Of a stretch of DNA of 64,000 nt, positions 48,582 through 58,174 are shown in pieces; within the stretch, counting starts at the first letter, position 1; the number at the start of each line of letters is the position of its first letter. Source of the stretch: Propionibacteriaceae bacterium (GTDB taxonomy: Bacteria; Actinomycetota; Actinomycetes; Propionibacteriales; Propionibacteriaceae); contig JAUNUF010000004.1 in the NCBI GenBank assembly GCA_030538315.1, positions 7,760 through 71,759 on the forward strand, given 5' to 3'. The notes beneath the pieces were generated by a model that did not search any database, was not told where the DNA came from, and was given only the letters and a program-made list of their open reading frames with translations. The translations under genes were made by a program, and so were the position numbers.

Positions 48582-49610
48582 CTATCTGGCCTCAGCAGCG
48601 GGGACGGCCACCCAGCCGCCCTCGTCCATCGACTGGACAAGCGCGTTGGCCACCCGAGTGGTACGCAGGGACTCCTCGACGGTAGCGGCCTCGGCCGGCA
48701 CCGTCCCTTGGAGGGAGGCCTGCACCCAGGCGGTGAGCTCACGCCGATAGGCGGTTTCGAAACGTGGGCGCCAATCCGCCGCGTACTGCGCCCCGCGCAT
48801 CAGCCCCGAGTTGAAGATCAGCGGCGCCTCATCGTTCAACGACGGCGGGTTGGGCAGTTCCACAGACCCTCGCTCGCACACCAGTTCGCAGCGCACGTCG
48901 TAGCCGTACTGGGCATGCACCTGCACCGAGACGGTGTGCAGCACCCCCTCTGCGGTACGCATCAGCAACAACTGCGGATCGGTGCGCTCGGCCAGCAGGG
49001 TGGTGGTCCGCCCAGCTGCCCAGAGCACCTCCGTGATGGGAGAGCGCGTGAGCCAAGGGATGATGTCGATCTCGTGCACGGCCGAGTTGGTGATGGTGGC
49101 GCTCGACGGGCTGCCGGGGTAGGCCTCCACGTTGCGGTGCACCGAGTGCGTCATCAGCAGTTGCCCGCTACCGCCCTCATCCAGCACCTTGCGCAGCGCC
49201 ACATAACCCGGGTCGAATCGACGCATGAACCCGACGCTGACAAGGGGCCTTTCCAACTCGGCGTGCCTGGCGGCCACGTCGGCCGCCTCCTCGACGGTGG
49301 GCGCCAGCGGCTTCTCACACAGAGTAGGCAGGCCCGCCTCCATGGCCGCCAGCGTGGTGGTCGCGTGCAGGGCATCCGGCGAGGCGATCACCACCGCGTC
49401 CACCAAGCCGGATGCGATGAGTTCCTCGCCCGTGGCGAAAACCCCTTCGGCGCCGCACTGATCAGCGACCGCGCGGGCGCCGTCGAGATTGATGTCGGCA
49501 ATGGCCGTCACCCGTGCATCTGCCACCTGGGTGGAGAGCAGCCTGGCATGGTCTCGGCCCATGACTCCGGCGCCGATGACGCCTACGCGCAGCATGTTCA
49601 TCTCGATCAC
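48582..49610 (-). CDS. Gfo/Idh/MocA oxidoreductase (second inositol dehydrogenase-like paralog)
   Basis: VGVIGAGVMGRDHA Rossmann motif and CEKPLAP motif. GTGA overlap with the upstream permease gene. Confidence 0.75.
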   Translation of the reverse strand: MIEMNMLRVGVIGAGVMGRDHARLLSTQVADARVTAIADINLDGARAVADQCGAEGVFATGEELIASGLVDAVVIASPDALHATTTLAAMEAGLPTLCEKPLAPTVEEAADVAARHAELERPLVSVGFMRRFDPGYVALRKVLDEGGSGQLLMTHSVHRNVEAYPGSPSSATITNSAVHEIDIIPWLTRSPITEVLWAAGRTTTLLAERTDPQLLLMRTAEGVLHTVSVQVHAQYGYDVRCELVCERGSVELPNPPSLNDEAPLIFNSGLMRGAQYAADWRPRFETAYRRELTAWVQASLQGTVPAEAATVEESLRTTRVANALVQSMDEGGWVAVPAAEAR

Positions 49611-50614
49611 ACGGTCGCCAGGCGGCGACGCTTCTCTTCGGACATGGTGCGGCGCACGTCGATGAACACCGCGACGATGATGACCGCACCGATCACCATG
49701 AACTGCACATCAGACTGCGCGTTCATGATGGTGAGGCCGTTGCGGATCACGGCGATAATGAGGCAGCCGATGAGGGTGCCCCACACCGTGCCCTTGCCGC
49801 CAGTGAACGAGGCGCCGCCGATGATGCAGGCTGCGATGGCATCCGTCTCGTAGTTGCCGCTCATGGCAGCCGAGGGGTTGGCCACGCCGGAGCGACCCAC
49901 GATGACGATGCCAGCCAGTGCGCACACGAATCCAGACAGGCCGTAGACGAACGTCAGCACCCTGTCGGTGTTGATGCCGGAAAGCCGTGTGGCCTCAGGG
50001 TTGCCGCCCACCGCGTAGATGGACCGGCCCAGCGCTGTGCGGGTCAGCAGGATGTGCAGCACGACGAAGGTCATGACTAGGGCGATGAACGAACCGGGAA
50101 TGCCGTTGAAGCCCCCGCCGCGGAGGAAATCCGCTGACCCCAGCCAAGTGACCGCCTCCGGGAAGCCAGAGATGGTGCGGGTACTCACCACGAACAGCGC
50201 CAACCCAGCCAACACGAACTTCATGCCCAAGGTGGATACGAATGGGTGGGGCAGCTTGAGCTTGGTGAGGAGGAGGCCATTGGCGATGCCGACGAGCGTG
50301 CCGGTGACCAGCGCGGCCACGAGCAGCAGAATGGGGCTGGTGATGCCGAAGGTGGTCATCATCATGGCCATCACGCAGGCGCTGAGGATGGCGTTTGCGC
50401 CCACCGAGAGGTCGATGCCAGCGGTGATCAGCACCACGAGCATGCCGGCGGAGAGGAAGCCGTTGACGGCCGTCTGCCGCAGGATGTTCATGCTGTTGTT
50501 GACGGTGCGGAACTCGGGGCTGATGGCCGCCATCACGATGACGAGAATCGCCAAGGCCAGAAGGGGCGCGAGCGCCCTCAAGACGCTGGCGACTCGGGTG
50601 TTCGTGGTTTTCAT
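49607..50614 (-). CDS. Ribose/inositol-type (CUT2) ABC permease
   Basis: RbsC-like pattern of about 10 TM segments. Confidence 0.85.
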   Translation of the reverse strand: MKTTNTRVASVLRALAPLLALAILVIVMAAISPEFRTVNNSMNILRQTAVNGFLSAGMLVVLITAGIDLSVGANAILSACVMAMMMTTFGITSPILLLVAALVTGTLVGIANGLLLTKLKLPHPFVSTLGMKFVLAGLALFVVSTRTISGFPEAVTWLGSADFLRGGGFNGIPGSFIALVMTFVVLHILLTRTALGRSIYAVGGNPEATRLSGINTDRVLTFVYGLSGFVCALAGIVIVGRSGVANPSAAMSGNYETDAIAACIIGGASFTGGKGTVWGTLIGCLIIAVIRNGLTIMNAQSDVQFMVIGAVIIVAVFIDVRRTMSEEKRRRLATV

Positions 50615-52110
50615 ACTTGCTTCCGTTCTCCCCAGGCGGCCTTCATGATGTCGTCCTCGTTGAAATCTGGCTCGTCGCGCCGGATCTCTGCCATCACCTC
50701 ACCGCCACGCATGACGATGACGCGGTCGCTCATCCCCAGGACCTCAGGGAGTTCGGAGCTGACCATGATGATGCACTTGCCCTCGCTGGCAAGCCTGTTC
50801 ATGATGTTGTACACCTCAACCTTGGCGCCGACGTCGATACCTCGCGTCGGCTCGTCGAAGAGGTAGATCTCGGCGTTGGAGTTGATCCACTTGCCGATGA
50901 CCACCTTCTGCTGGTTGCCGCCGCTCAACTTGGAGACCTGGTTCTCAGCATCCGGTGTCTTGATGCGCATCGCCTGAATGGATTCGTCGCACACCTGCTT
51001 GACCTTGGAGCGGTCCAGCAACGGCCCCCGCTCCACCTTGTTGAGGGAGGCCAGGATGAGGTTGGTGGCGATGGACTGGTTCAAGACCAGGCCCTGCCCC
51101 TTGCGGTCTTCCGTGAGGAAGGCGATGCCCCGGCGCACGGCATCCTGCGGGGAATTGATGACGACCTTCTGGCCATGCAGCAAGACCTCACCGCTGTCGA
51201 TGGGGAGGTCTCCGAAGATCGCCCGCATCGTCTCGGTGCGCCCGGCTCCCACCAGCCCGGAGAAGCCGAGGATCTCGCCGTAGCGTGCCTGGAAGCTCAC
51301 GTTCTTGATGGTGCCGACGGAAGTCACGTCACGGAATTCCAAGGCGACGTCGCCCGGGGTCGTCTCCACCTTCGGGAATTGGTTGTCGACGCTGCGACCC
51401 ACCATCGCGCGAATGAGTTTGTCGTTGTCGAGATCCTCGATGTCTGCGGTCAGGATGTGCTCGCCGTCGCGCATGACGGTGACCCGGTCACAGAGGATGA
51501 ACAGCTCCTCCAGTTTGTGGGAGACGAACAGGATCGACACGCCATTGGCCTTGAGATCTCGCACGACGCGGATCAGCTGCTCTACCTCGCTCTCGCCCAG
51601 GCTGGAGGTGGGCTCATCCATGATGATGACCTTGGCGCCCGTGAGCAGTGCCTTGGCGATCTCCACCATCTGCAGCACGCCCATGCCGAAGACGCCCGCC
51701 GGTTTGGTGACATCCACGTTGATGCCCATGGAGGCCAGCAGCTCCGTGGCCTTGGCATGCATGGCGGTGTAGTCGAGGAGGCGGCCCTTGCGGATGAATT
51801 GGTTGAGGAAGATGTTGTCCGTCAGCGATAGCTGGGAGACGATGTTGAGTTCCTGATAGACGCAGGCGATGCCGGCGTCCTGTGCCTGCCTCGGCATGGT
51901 GAACCGATGCTTGGTGCCTTCGACGATGATCTCGCCCTCGTCGGGTTGGTAGACCCCGGTGAGCACCTTGATGAGGGTGGACTTGCCGGCACCGTTCTCG
52001 CCGATGAGTCCGTGGATCTCGCCGGGTTCGATGACCAGCCCCATGTCGCGGAGGGCGACGACGCCCGGGAAGCGTTTGGTGACGTTGCGAAGCTCGACGA
52101 CTGCGCTCAT
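50611..52110 (-). CDS. CUT2 sugar ABC ATP-binding protein (tandem ATPase, RbsA-like)
   Basis: Walker A GENGAGKST, a degenerate second P-loop position (GLVGAGRTE), and two signature motifs. Start is the ATG at 52110. Confidence 0.85.
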   Translation of the reverse strand: MSAVVELRNVTKRFPGVVALRDMGLVIEPGEIHGLIGENGAGKSTLIKVLTGVYQPDEGEIIVEGTKHRFTMPRQAQDAGIACVYQELNIVSQLSLTDNIFLNQFIRKGRLLDYTAMHAKATELLASMGINVDVTKPAGVFGMGVLQMVEIAKALLTGAKVIIMDEPTSSLGESEVEQLIRVVRDLKANGVSILFVSHKLEELFILCDRVTVMRDGEHILTADIEDLDNDKLIRAMVGRSVDNQFPKVETTPGDVALEFRDVTSVGTIKNVSFQARYGEILGFSGLVGAGRTETMRAIFGDLPIDSGEVLLHGQKVVINSPQDAVRRGIAFLTEDRKGQGLVLNQSIATNLILASLNKVERGPLLDRSKVKQVCDESIQAMRIKTPDAENQVSKLSGGNQQKVVIGKWINSNAEIYLFDEPTRGIDVGAKVEVYNIMNRLASEGKCIIMVSSELPEVLGMSDRVIVMRGGEVMAEIRRDEPDFNEDDIMKAAWGERKQV

Positions 52111-52183
52111 GAGTTGTTGTGTCCTTTGGTCTCGGTCTGCGGGGTGGAGGGGCAACCCCCTCCACCCCGCGGTGGCCGATGAA

Positions 52184-53167
52184 TCAGCTGCCTGCCAGCT
52201 GCTCTTCGAGCTTGGCCAGGTAATCTGCGGCGTTGTCCTTCGTGATCACCGTGGAGCCGGTGTCGATGAAGCTCTCCACCGATTCGCCCTTGACAGCCTT
52301 GACCGCGGCCTCAACTGCCTTGAAGCCCATACCGAACGGGTCCTGCGCCACGGTGGCGGTGACGGATCCGTCGATCACGTTCTGCACGCCGGCCTTGATG
52401 CCGTCGAAGCCGATGATCGTGAGTTCCTTGCCGGCAGCCTTTGCCGAACGTGCCGCACCCGCAGCCATGTCGTCGTTGTTGGCCACCACGACGGAGATGT
52501 CCGGGTTGCTGGTGAGGACGTTCTCCATGACGGAGGCAGCCTTGTCACCCAAGCCTTCGGCGTACTGCTGGACGACGACCTCAACGCCGCCCTCCTTCAG
52601 CCCAGCCGTGAAGCCAGCCTCGCGATCATCGGACGTGGTGTTGCCCTTCACGCCGCCGATCCAGGCTGCCGTGGCGCCCTCGCCTGCGACGCTGGCGGCG
52701 TACCCTCCGCCGGACTTGGCGGCGGTTTCGTTGCCGGTGCCGATGTAGCTGATCTTCTTGTCGTAAGGGGCGTCCGTGTCCACGAAGAGGATGGGCTTCT
52801 CGGTGCTACCGAGCACCGAAACCACGGAATCCGGCTGCAGCGGGGAGATGACCATCGCCTGGATGGAGTTGTCGGCCAGCATGGTCTCAAGCATGCTGTT
52901 CTGCTCGTCATAGGCGGTCTCGGAGGCCGGCCCCTGCAGTGCCACGGTGACGCCCAGCTCCTTCTCCGCAGCCTTCACGCCGGACGCGACGTACTGCCAG
53001 TATTCGCTGGAGAGGGTCTTCAGGACGACGCCAACCTTGATGTCGCCGCCAGCTGCTGCGCCACCACCACCGGTGGTCTCGCCTGCACCCGGCTCGCCGG
53101 CGCCCATGCTGCAGGCGGACAGCGCCACCGTTGCTGCCACGAAGGCGGCGATGAGAGTCTTCTTCAT
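52184..53167 (-). CDS. CUT2 sugar ABC substrate-binding lipoprotein (RbsB-like)
   Basis: Lipobox ALSAC and a periplasmic-binding type I body. The ATG at 53167 follows GGAGGAA. Confidence 0.85.
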   Translation of the reverse strand: MKKTLIAAFVAATVALSACSMGAGEPGAGETTGGGGAAAGGDIKVGVVLKTLSSEYWQYVASGVKAAEKELGVTVALQGPASETAYDEQNSMLETMLADNSIQAMVISPLQPDSVVSVLGSTEKPILFVDTDAPYDKKISYIGTGNETAAKSGGGYAASVAGEGATAAWIGGVKGNTTSDDREAGFTAGLKEGGVEVVVQQYAEGLGDKAASVMENVLTSNPDISVVVANNDDMAAGAARSAKAAGKELTIIGFDGIKAGVQNVIDGSVTATVAQDPFGMGFKAVEAAVKAVKGESVESFIDTGSTVITKDNAADYLAKLEEQLAGS

Positions 53168-53246
53168 TGATTCCTCCACGAGGGTTTGGGGCCCGTCGCC
53201 TCTGACAGTTGGCCCGATGCGGAAACTCTAGACATTGTGTTCATTA

Positions 53247-53260
53247 TTGTCAATACAATT
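53247..53260. promoter_or_regulatory. Candidate GntR-type operator TTGTCAATACAATT
   Basis: 80 bp upstream of the CUT2 SBP start. Best copy of the recurrent motif. Confidence 0.55.
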
Positions 53261-53284
53261 TTGGACGTCATTTGCATAGCACAC

Positions 53285-53318
53285 TGCAGCCCCGCTTCCG
53301 GGGGAAAGCGGGGCTGCA
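53285..53318. terminator. 13-bp stem-loop downstream of iolD
   Basis: TGCAGCCCCGCTT-ccggggga-AAGCGGGGCTGCA. No clear U-tract on the minus strand. Confidence 0.45.
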
Positions 53319-53350
53319 AAGTTGTCGTTACACCTTTGTTACATAGAGTC

Positions 53351-55243
53351 TCAGAGGTAGTGCCGCTGCGGCTTCCTGGCGTCCTCGTACCAAGCACGCG
53401 CCTGCTGCGTCGAGTCGATCCGCGACACCTCAGCGATGGGCACATCCCACCAGCTTGAGCTTGGCGGGTTGGGGCCGATCAACGCCGTCTCGATGTGGAT
53501 CATGACGGCCCGGTCCATGGCCTCAGCCTCACGGTAGGCCTGCTTGAACTCCTCGATCGTCTTCACGCGCAGCACCTTCAGGCCCCAGCTCTCGGCATTG
53601 GCCGCGATGTCGACGGGGAGCAGCTCGCCGTCGGCGTTGTGCGCGACGGTGCCCTTGCGGTAGCGGGTGCCGAAGCGCTGCGAACCGTGGGACTCGGAGA
53701 GAGCGCCGATCGAGGCGAAGCCATGGTTCTGCAGCAGCACGAAGATGACCTTGAGACCCTCCTGCACGATGGTGGCCAGTTCCATGGGCAGCATCTGATA
53801 CGTGCCGTCGCCGACGATGGCCACCACTTCGCTGTCCGGCAGGGCGAGCTTCACACCCATGGCCGCCGGGATCTCGTAGCCCATGCAACTGAAGGCGTAC
53901 TCCACGTGGTACTGGGTGGGTGTCTTGGCCCGCCATAGCGCCTGGAGGTCGCCGGGCATGGAGCCGGCCGCGTTGATGACCACGTCGGTGTCCTTCATCA
54001 ACTCGTTCAGCGCGCCGAACACCTCGATCTGCGCGGGCTCGGGCTGGTGGCCCACGGTGTAGCAATCTTCGGTCGCCCGGGCCCACTCGTCGCGCAGCTC
54101 GGCGATCTCTGCGGAGTACCCCGCAGCCACCCGCCAGCCCTCAAGGGCCGAACCCAGAGCGACGAGCGCCTCCCTGGCATCCGAGACGACCATCTCTGCC
54201 GCGTGCTTCGCAGCGTCGAAGGCACCCACATTGATGTTGACGAACTGCACGTCCGGATTGCGGAAGGCGGTATGCGACGCCGTCGTGAAATCCGAGTAGC
54301 GAGTGCCGATGCCGATCACGACGTCCGCCTCCGCAGCCAGCACGTTGGCGGACTTCGCACCGGTGGAGCCCACGCCACCGACGGCGCACTCGTGGTCGAA
54401 GTTGATGGCGCCCTTGCCTGCCTGGGTATCGGAGACCGGAATGCCGGTGGCCGAGGCGAAGGCCCTCAACTCCTCGGAGGCGCGGGAGTAGATGGTGCCA
54501 CCCCCCGAGACGATCAACGGGCGCTCGGCGGCACGGATCATCGCCGCCGAGCGTTCGATCGCGGCAGGCTCCGGCATGGGCCGGCGGATGCGCCACACGC
54601 GCTTGGCGAAGAACTCCTCGGGGAAGTCGAAGGCCTCGGCCTGCACATCCTGGGGAAGCGCAATGGTGACGGCGCCCGTATCCGCCGGATCCGTCAGCAC
54701 CCGCATGGCCTGCATGAGGGAGGGGATGAGCTGCTCCGGCCGCGTGATGCGGTCAAAGAAGCGAGAGACGGGCCGGAAGGAATCCGTGGCGGCGGTCAGC
54801 GGCGAGACCGGATCCTCCACCTGCTGGAGCACCGGATCGGGATTGCGGGTGGCGAACTGATCCGAGGGAAACAGCAGCACCGGCAGCCGGTTGGTGGTGG
54901 CGACGGCGGCGCCGGTGACCATGTTCAGCGCGCCAGGGCCGATGGACGAGGTGCACATCCACGTCTGGGTGCGGTCCGTCGACTTGGCGAACGCCGCAGC
55001 CGCGTTGACCATGCCCTGCTCGTTGCGAGGCATGATGTAGGGCATCTCGCCACCGTCGGGCTCTGGGTCAAGGTCGTTCTGCAGCAACGCCTGGCCGAGG
55101 CCGGCCACGTTTCCGTGCCCGAAGATGCCGAACGCGCCAGCAATGAGGCGCCGCTCCACGCCGTCTGCCTCGGAGTATTGATTGACGAGGAATCTGATGA
55201 CGGCCTGGCCGACGGTGAGGCGCACTGTACTCATGAAAGTCAC
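53351..55243 (-). CDS. iolD: 3D-(3,5/4)-trihydroxycyclohexane-1,2-dione acylhydrolase (ThDP enzyme)
   Basis: ThDP-enzyme three-domain pattern with an IolD-like N-terminus (TVRLTVGQAVIRFL) and the GDGTYQM ThDP motif. Start is GTG 55243 or ATG 55234. Confidence 0.9.
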   Translation of the reverse strand: MTFMSTVRLTVGQAVIRFLVNQYSEADGVERRLIAGAFGIFGHGNVAGLGQALLQNDLDPEPDGGEMPYIMPRNEQGMVNAAAAFAKSTDRTQTWMCTSSIGPGALNMVTGAAVATTNRLPVLLFPSDQFATRNPDPVLQQVEDPVSPLTAATDSFRPVSRFFDRITRPEQLIPSLMQAMRVLTDPADTGAVTIALPQDVQAEAFDFPEEFFAKRVWRIRRPMPEPAAIERSAAMIRAAERPLIVSGGGTIYSRASEELRAFASATGIPVSDTQAGKGAINFDHECAVGGVGSTGAKSANVLAAEADVVIGIGTRYSDFTTASHTAFRNPDVQFVNINVGAFDAAKHAAEMVVSDAREALVALGSALEGWRVAAGYSAEIAELRDEWARATEDCYTVGHQPEPAQIEVFGALNELMKDTDVVINAAGSMPGDLQALWRAKTPTQYHVEYAFSCMGYEIPAAMGVKLALPDSEVVAIVGDGTYQMLPMELATIVQEGLKVIFVLLQNHGFASIGALSESHGSQRFGTRYRKGTVAHNADGELLPVDIAANAESWGLKVLRVKTIEEFKQAYREAEAMDRAVMIHIETALIGPNPPSSSWWDVPIAEVSRIDSTQQARAWYEDARKPQRHYL

Positions 55244-56127
55244 TCCTGGGGGTTCATGGGGGTCATGGGAAGGCGGGGGTCGACCTCGGATTCGTCCCAG
55301 GTTTCCCTAATCCACGTGAAGTGGGGATCATCCGTCATCAGCCAGGTGGAATCCTCCGCCGGGCCCGCCATGACGTTGAGGTAGTAGAGGTCGTAACCGG
55401 GCGCGGCCACGGAGGGGCCGTGGTAGCCGAAGGGCATGATGACGACGTCACGCGACCCCACCTCGGTGCACACGTCGATCGGCTTGCCGGGCGACGGGTA
55501 GATGCGCTGCAGCGCCATGCCAGGCGACCCATCGCGCCCGGGCCGCACCTCGTAGTAGTAGATCTCCTCCAGCACGCGCTCCACGTCGGTGTGCTCATCG
55601 TGCTTGTGGGGCGGGTAGCTGGACCAGTTGCCGCCGGGGGTCAGCACCTCGCACGCCAACAGGTGGGAGGTCTCAAGGTCATTGCCCAACGCATAGTTGT
55701 TGACTTGACGCGAGCAGTTGCCGGTGCCACGCAGGGTGGTGACCACCTTCGACGCGGGGCAGTACACCGTCGGAAGGTCCTTCGTGGCCTTCGAGCCGGG
55801 CAGGGCGAAACGCCCGCCGTCGGTGCTGCGGATGGTGATGGTCTTGCCACGGCCCACGTACAGGTAATCCGTGATGGCCGTCCAGATCTCGGCGCGGCCC
55901 TCCAACCGGTGAGTCTCTCCATCCACCTCGACGGTGCAGCCACCGCTGAGCGGAAGCACCAGGATTTCCACGCCGCCGGTGTCGACGACCTGCTCACCGC
56001 CGGCCGGAAGCCCCAGCACGCGGATGGAACACCACTCCCACGAGGCGCGCTGGGCGTCCACGTCTGTCTCGAACTGGCCGTGGGCCGTGCTGCCCGCGGG
56101 GATGACGTACTTGGCGTTGTCGTTCAC
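55240..56127 (-). CDS. iolB: 5-deoxy-glucuronate isomerase
   Basis: Cupin pattern with YPPHKHDE...EEIYYY, typical of IolB. GTGA overlaps on both sides. Confidence 0.9.
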   Translation of the reverse strand: MNDNAKYVIPAGSTAHGQFETDVDAQRASWEWCSIRVLGLPAGGEQVVDTGGVEILVLPLSGGCTVEVDGETHRLEGRAEIWTAITDYLYVGRGKTITIRSTDGGRFALPGSKATKDLPTVYCPASKVVTTLRGTGNCSRQVNNYALGNDLETSHLLACEVLTPGGNWSSYPPHKHDEHTDVERVLEEIYYYEVRPGRDGSPGMALQRIYPSPGKPIDVCTEVGSRDVVIMPFGYHGPSVAAPGYDLYYLNVMAGPAEDSTWLMTDDPHFTWIRETWDESEVDPRLPMTPMNPQE

Positions 56128-56990
56128 ATGACCTCCACGATTCGATCCACCGCACCGGCCACATCACCGTCGGGCGGGAAGAGCAGGGCGCGCCCGATGG
56201 CGAGCCCCTTGACTTGGGGGAGCCTCAGCGAGTGCGTCCAGCACTCCATCTTCTGGCTCATGTCTGGCAGCACGGGGCCGCCCAGCAGCATCACGGGCAG
56301 CGTGGTCGCCTTCAGGACTTGTTCCATCTGCGGCACGCAGGGCAACTTGAGCCAGGTGCGAGCCGACGTGTGACCCAACGCAGACGCCACCGTGATGGAA
56401 CGCATCACTGACTCAGGGGACAAGTCGTTGACGAGGTTGCCGTCCTCGCGGTAGCTGATGAATGGCTCCAGGATCACCGTCTTGCCGGCGGAGGCAAGTT
56501 CGTCGACGGCGCGGGCGGCCTGCTCGAGCATCGCTGGCGTGTGCGGATCCGCCAGATCCATGCGCAGCAGCAACTTGCCGCCGTCGAGGCCAGCCTGCAC
56601 GATGGCGCCGGCCGTCCAAGCGGTGATCCTGTCGTCGACCTCTGACACGGAGCCGGGCAACCCGGATCTGTTCATCGAACCGAACACCAGCTTGCCTTCG
56701 AGTGCGCCCAATGCGGCGAGATCCTCCACCACATCTGGCGTGCCCAGGAAGCCACCGACACCGGGGCGGCTCAGCGCCGTCATGCACCGTTCGAGGAGCA
56801 CCTCCCTCGAGGCCATCGCCAAGGGATCTGAACCTGCGCGCAACACGCCGCGGCCCGTGTGGTCCGCTGCGATGACGAGCAGCTTTCCGCCGTCGTTGGG
56901 CAGTTGCCCGGGTGAGCGCTCTGCCAGCGCGCGGGCCACCGCCTCCGGATCCGTGAACCGGAGATGGGTGAGATCGGCCGGCGAGATCAT
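56124..56990 (-). CDS. TIM-barrel aldolase-like protein (DUF2090/Cgl0159-type), candidate 5-dehydro-2-deoxyphosphogluconate aldolase
   Basis: Sits between iolC and iolB, with an ATGA overlap with the iolC stop. Start is the ATG at 56990 (MISPADLTHL...). Function is inferred from context and recollection of the family. Confidence 0.55.
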   Translation of the reverse strand: MISPADLTHLRFTDPEAVARALAERSPGQLPNDGGKLLVIAADHTGRGVLRAGSDPLAMASREVLLERCMTALSRPGVGGFLGTPDVVEDLAALGALEGKLVFGSMNRSGLPGSVSEVDDRITAWTAGAIVQAGLDGGKLLLRMDLADPHTPAMLEQAARAVDELASAGKTVILEPFISYREDGNLVNDLSPESVMRSITVASALGHTSARTWLKLPCVPQMEQVLKATTLPVMLLGGPVLPDMSQKMECWTHSLRLPQVKGLAIGRALLFPPDGDVAGAVDRIVEVM

Positions 56991-58030
56991 GACGTCGTCG
57001 TCTCGGTGCGGCGGCAGGCTTCGGGGAATCTGTCCATCATGTCCAGCACCTCCTGTTCGGCGGGCATGGCGGGTGAGGTCTCCAGCTTCGAGGCGACGAT
57101 GGCGCCGGCGGCGGAGGCGAACTGAATGGTGCGGGAGAGATCCCAACCGCTGAGCAGCGCGTGGCAGATGGCACCACCAAAGGCATCCCCTGCTCCCAGC
57201 CCGTTGATCACCTCGATGGGCGTGGCGGGCACGAAAGTGCGCTCGGTGCGCGTCTTGGCGAGGGTGCCAATGGGGCCTTGCTTCACGATGGCGATGTCCA
57301 CACCGCGCTCGAGCAGCGCATCCGCGGCCCTGTCGGGATCCGTCTCCCCCACCGCGATGCGGCACTCCTCGAGATTTCCGATGGCCACGTCTGCGTGCTC
57401 AACCATGGCCCCGATGTGGGCAGAGGCCGTCAGTTCGTCGTCCCAGAAGCGCTCGCGGTAGTCGAGATCGAACACGAGGAGACCCTCGCGATCTGCCCGA
57501 GCGATGGTGCGGTGCGTCTCGCGCGACGGCTCAACGGACAGGCCACTGGCGGTGAGCCAGATGATGGGGAACTTCTCGAACCCCACCGGGAGATGATCAG
57601 GGCTGACCTGGAAATCCGGCGTGGAGGGATCTCGATAGAAGTAGAGGGGGAAGTTGTCCGGCGGGAAGATCTCGCAGAACGTGACTGGCGTGTTGAGTTC
57701 AGGGTGGACGAACACGTGGCTGGCGTCCACACCGCACCGTTCCAAGCTCTGCACCACGTAGCGGCCGAATGGGTCATCGCCCACGCCAGTGACGGCGGTC
57801 ACCGTGCGTCCGTAGCGGCAACAGGCCACCGCGACATTGGTGGCAGATCCACCCAGGAACTTCCGGAAGGTCTCCACCTCCTCGAGATGGACACCCACCT
57901 CCACGGGGTACACGTCGACGCTGCACCGCCCCACCACGAGCACCTCGCGCACGCCATCCACAGCGATGACCTCCTTCGTCGCTCCCAGTCTGCCTGACCC
58001 TCCCACAGAGGTCAACCTTTGTACACACAT
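56987..58030 (-). CDS. iolC: 5-dehydro-2-deoxygluconokinase (PfkB family)
   Basis: PfkB motifs (GGSATNVAV, GAGDAFGGA) and iol context. The exact start is uncertain. Confidence 0.85.
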   Translation of the reverse strand: MCVQRLTSVGGSGRLGATKEVIAVDGVREVLVVGRCSVDVYPVEVGVHLEEVETFRKFLGGSATNVAVACCRYGRTVTAVTGVGDDPFGRYVVQSLERCGVDASHVFVHPELNTPVTFCEIFPPDNFPLYFYRDPSTPDFQVSPDHLPVGFEKFPIIWLTASGLSVEPSRETHRTIARADREGLLVFDLDYRERFWDDELTASAHIGAMVEHADVAIGNLEECRIAVGETDPDRAADALLERGVDIAIVKQGPIGTLAKTRTERTFVPATPIEVINGLGAGDAFGGAICHALLSGWDLSRTIQFASAAGAIVASKLETSPAMPAEQEVLDMMDRFPEACRRTETTTS

Positions 58031-58082
58031 TCCGAGAGCCCGGTGGGGAACCAGTTTTCTCCAACATGCTCAGTCTCCGTCA

Positions 58083-58096
58083 ATGTCAGTACAAAA
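58083..58096. promoter_or_regulatory. Candidate GntR-type operator ATGTCAGTACAAAA
   Basis: In the divergent iolC / transaldolase promoter region (53 bp and 79 bp from the two starts). Confidence 0.5.
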
Positions 58097-58174
58097 TCTT
58101 GACTATGGGCCAACATTGGGCCTACCCTGAACCCATACGGCGATGACGCCGCACCAGGTACACGCAGGAGCCCA

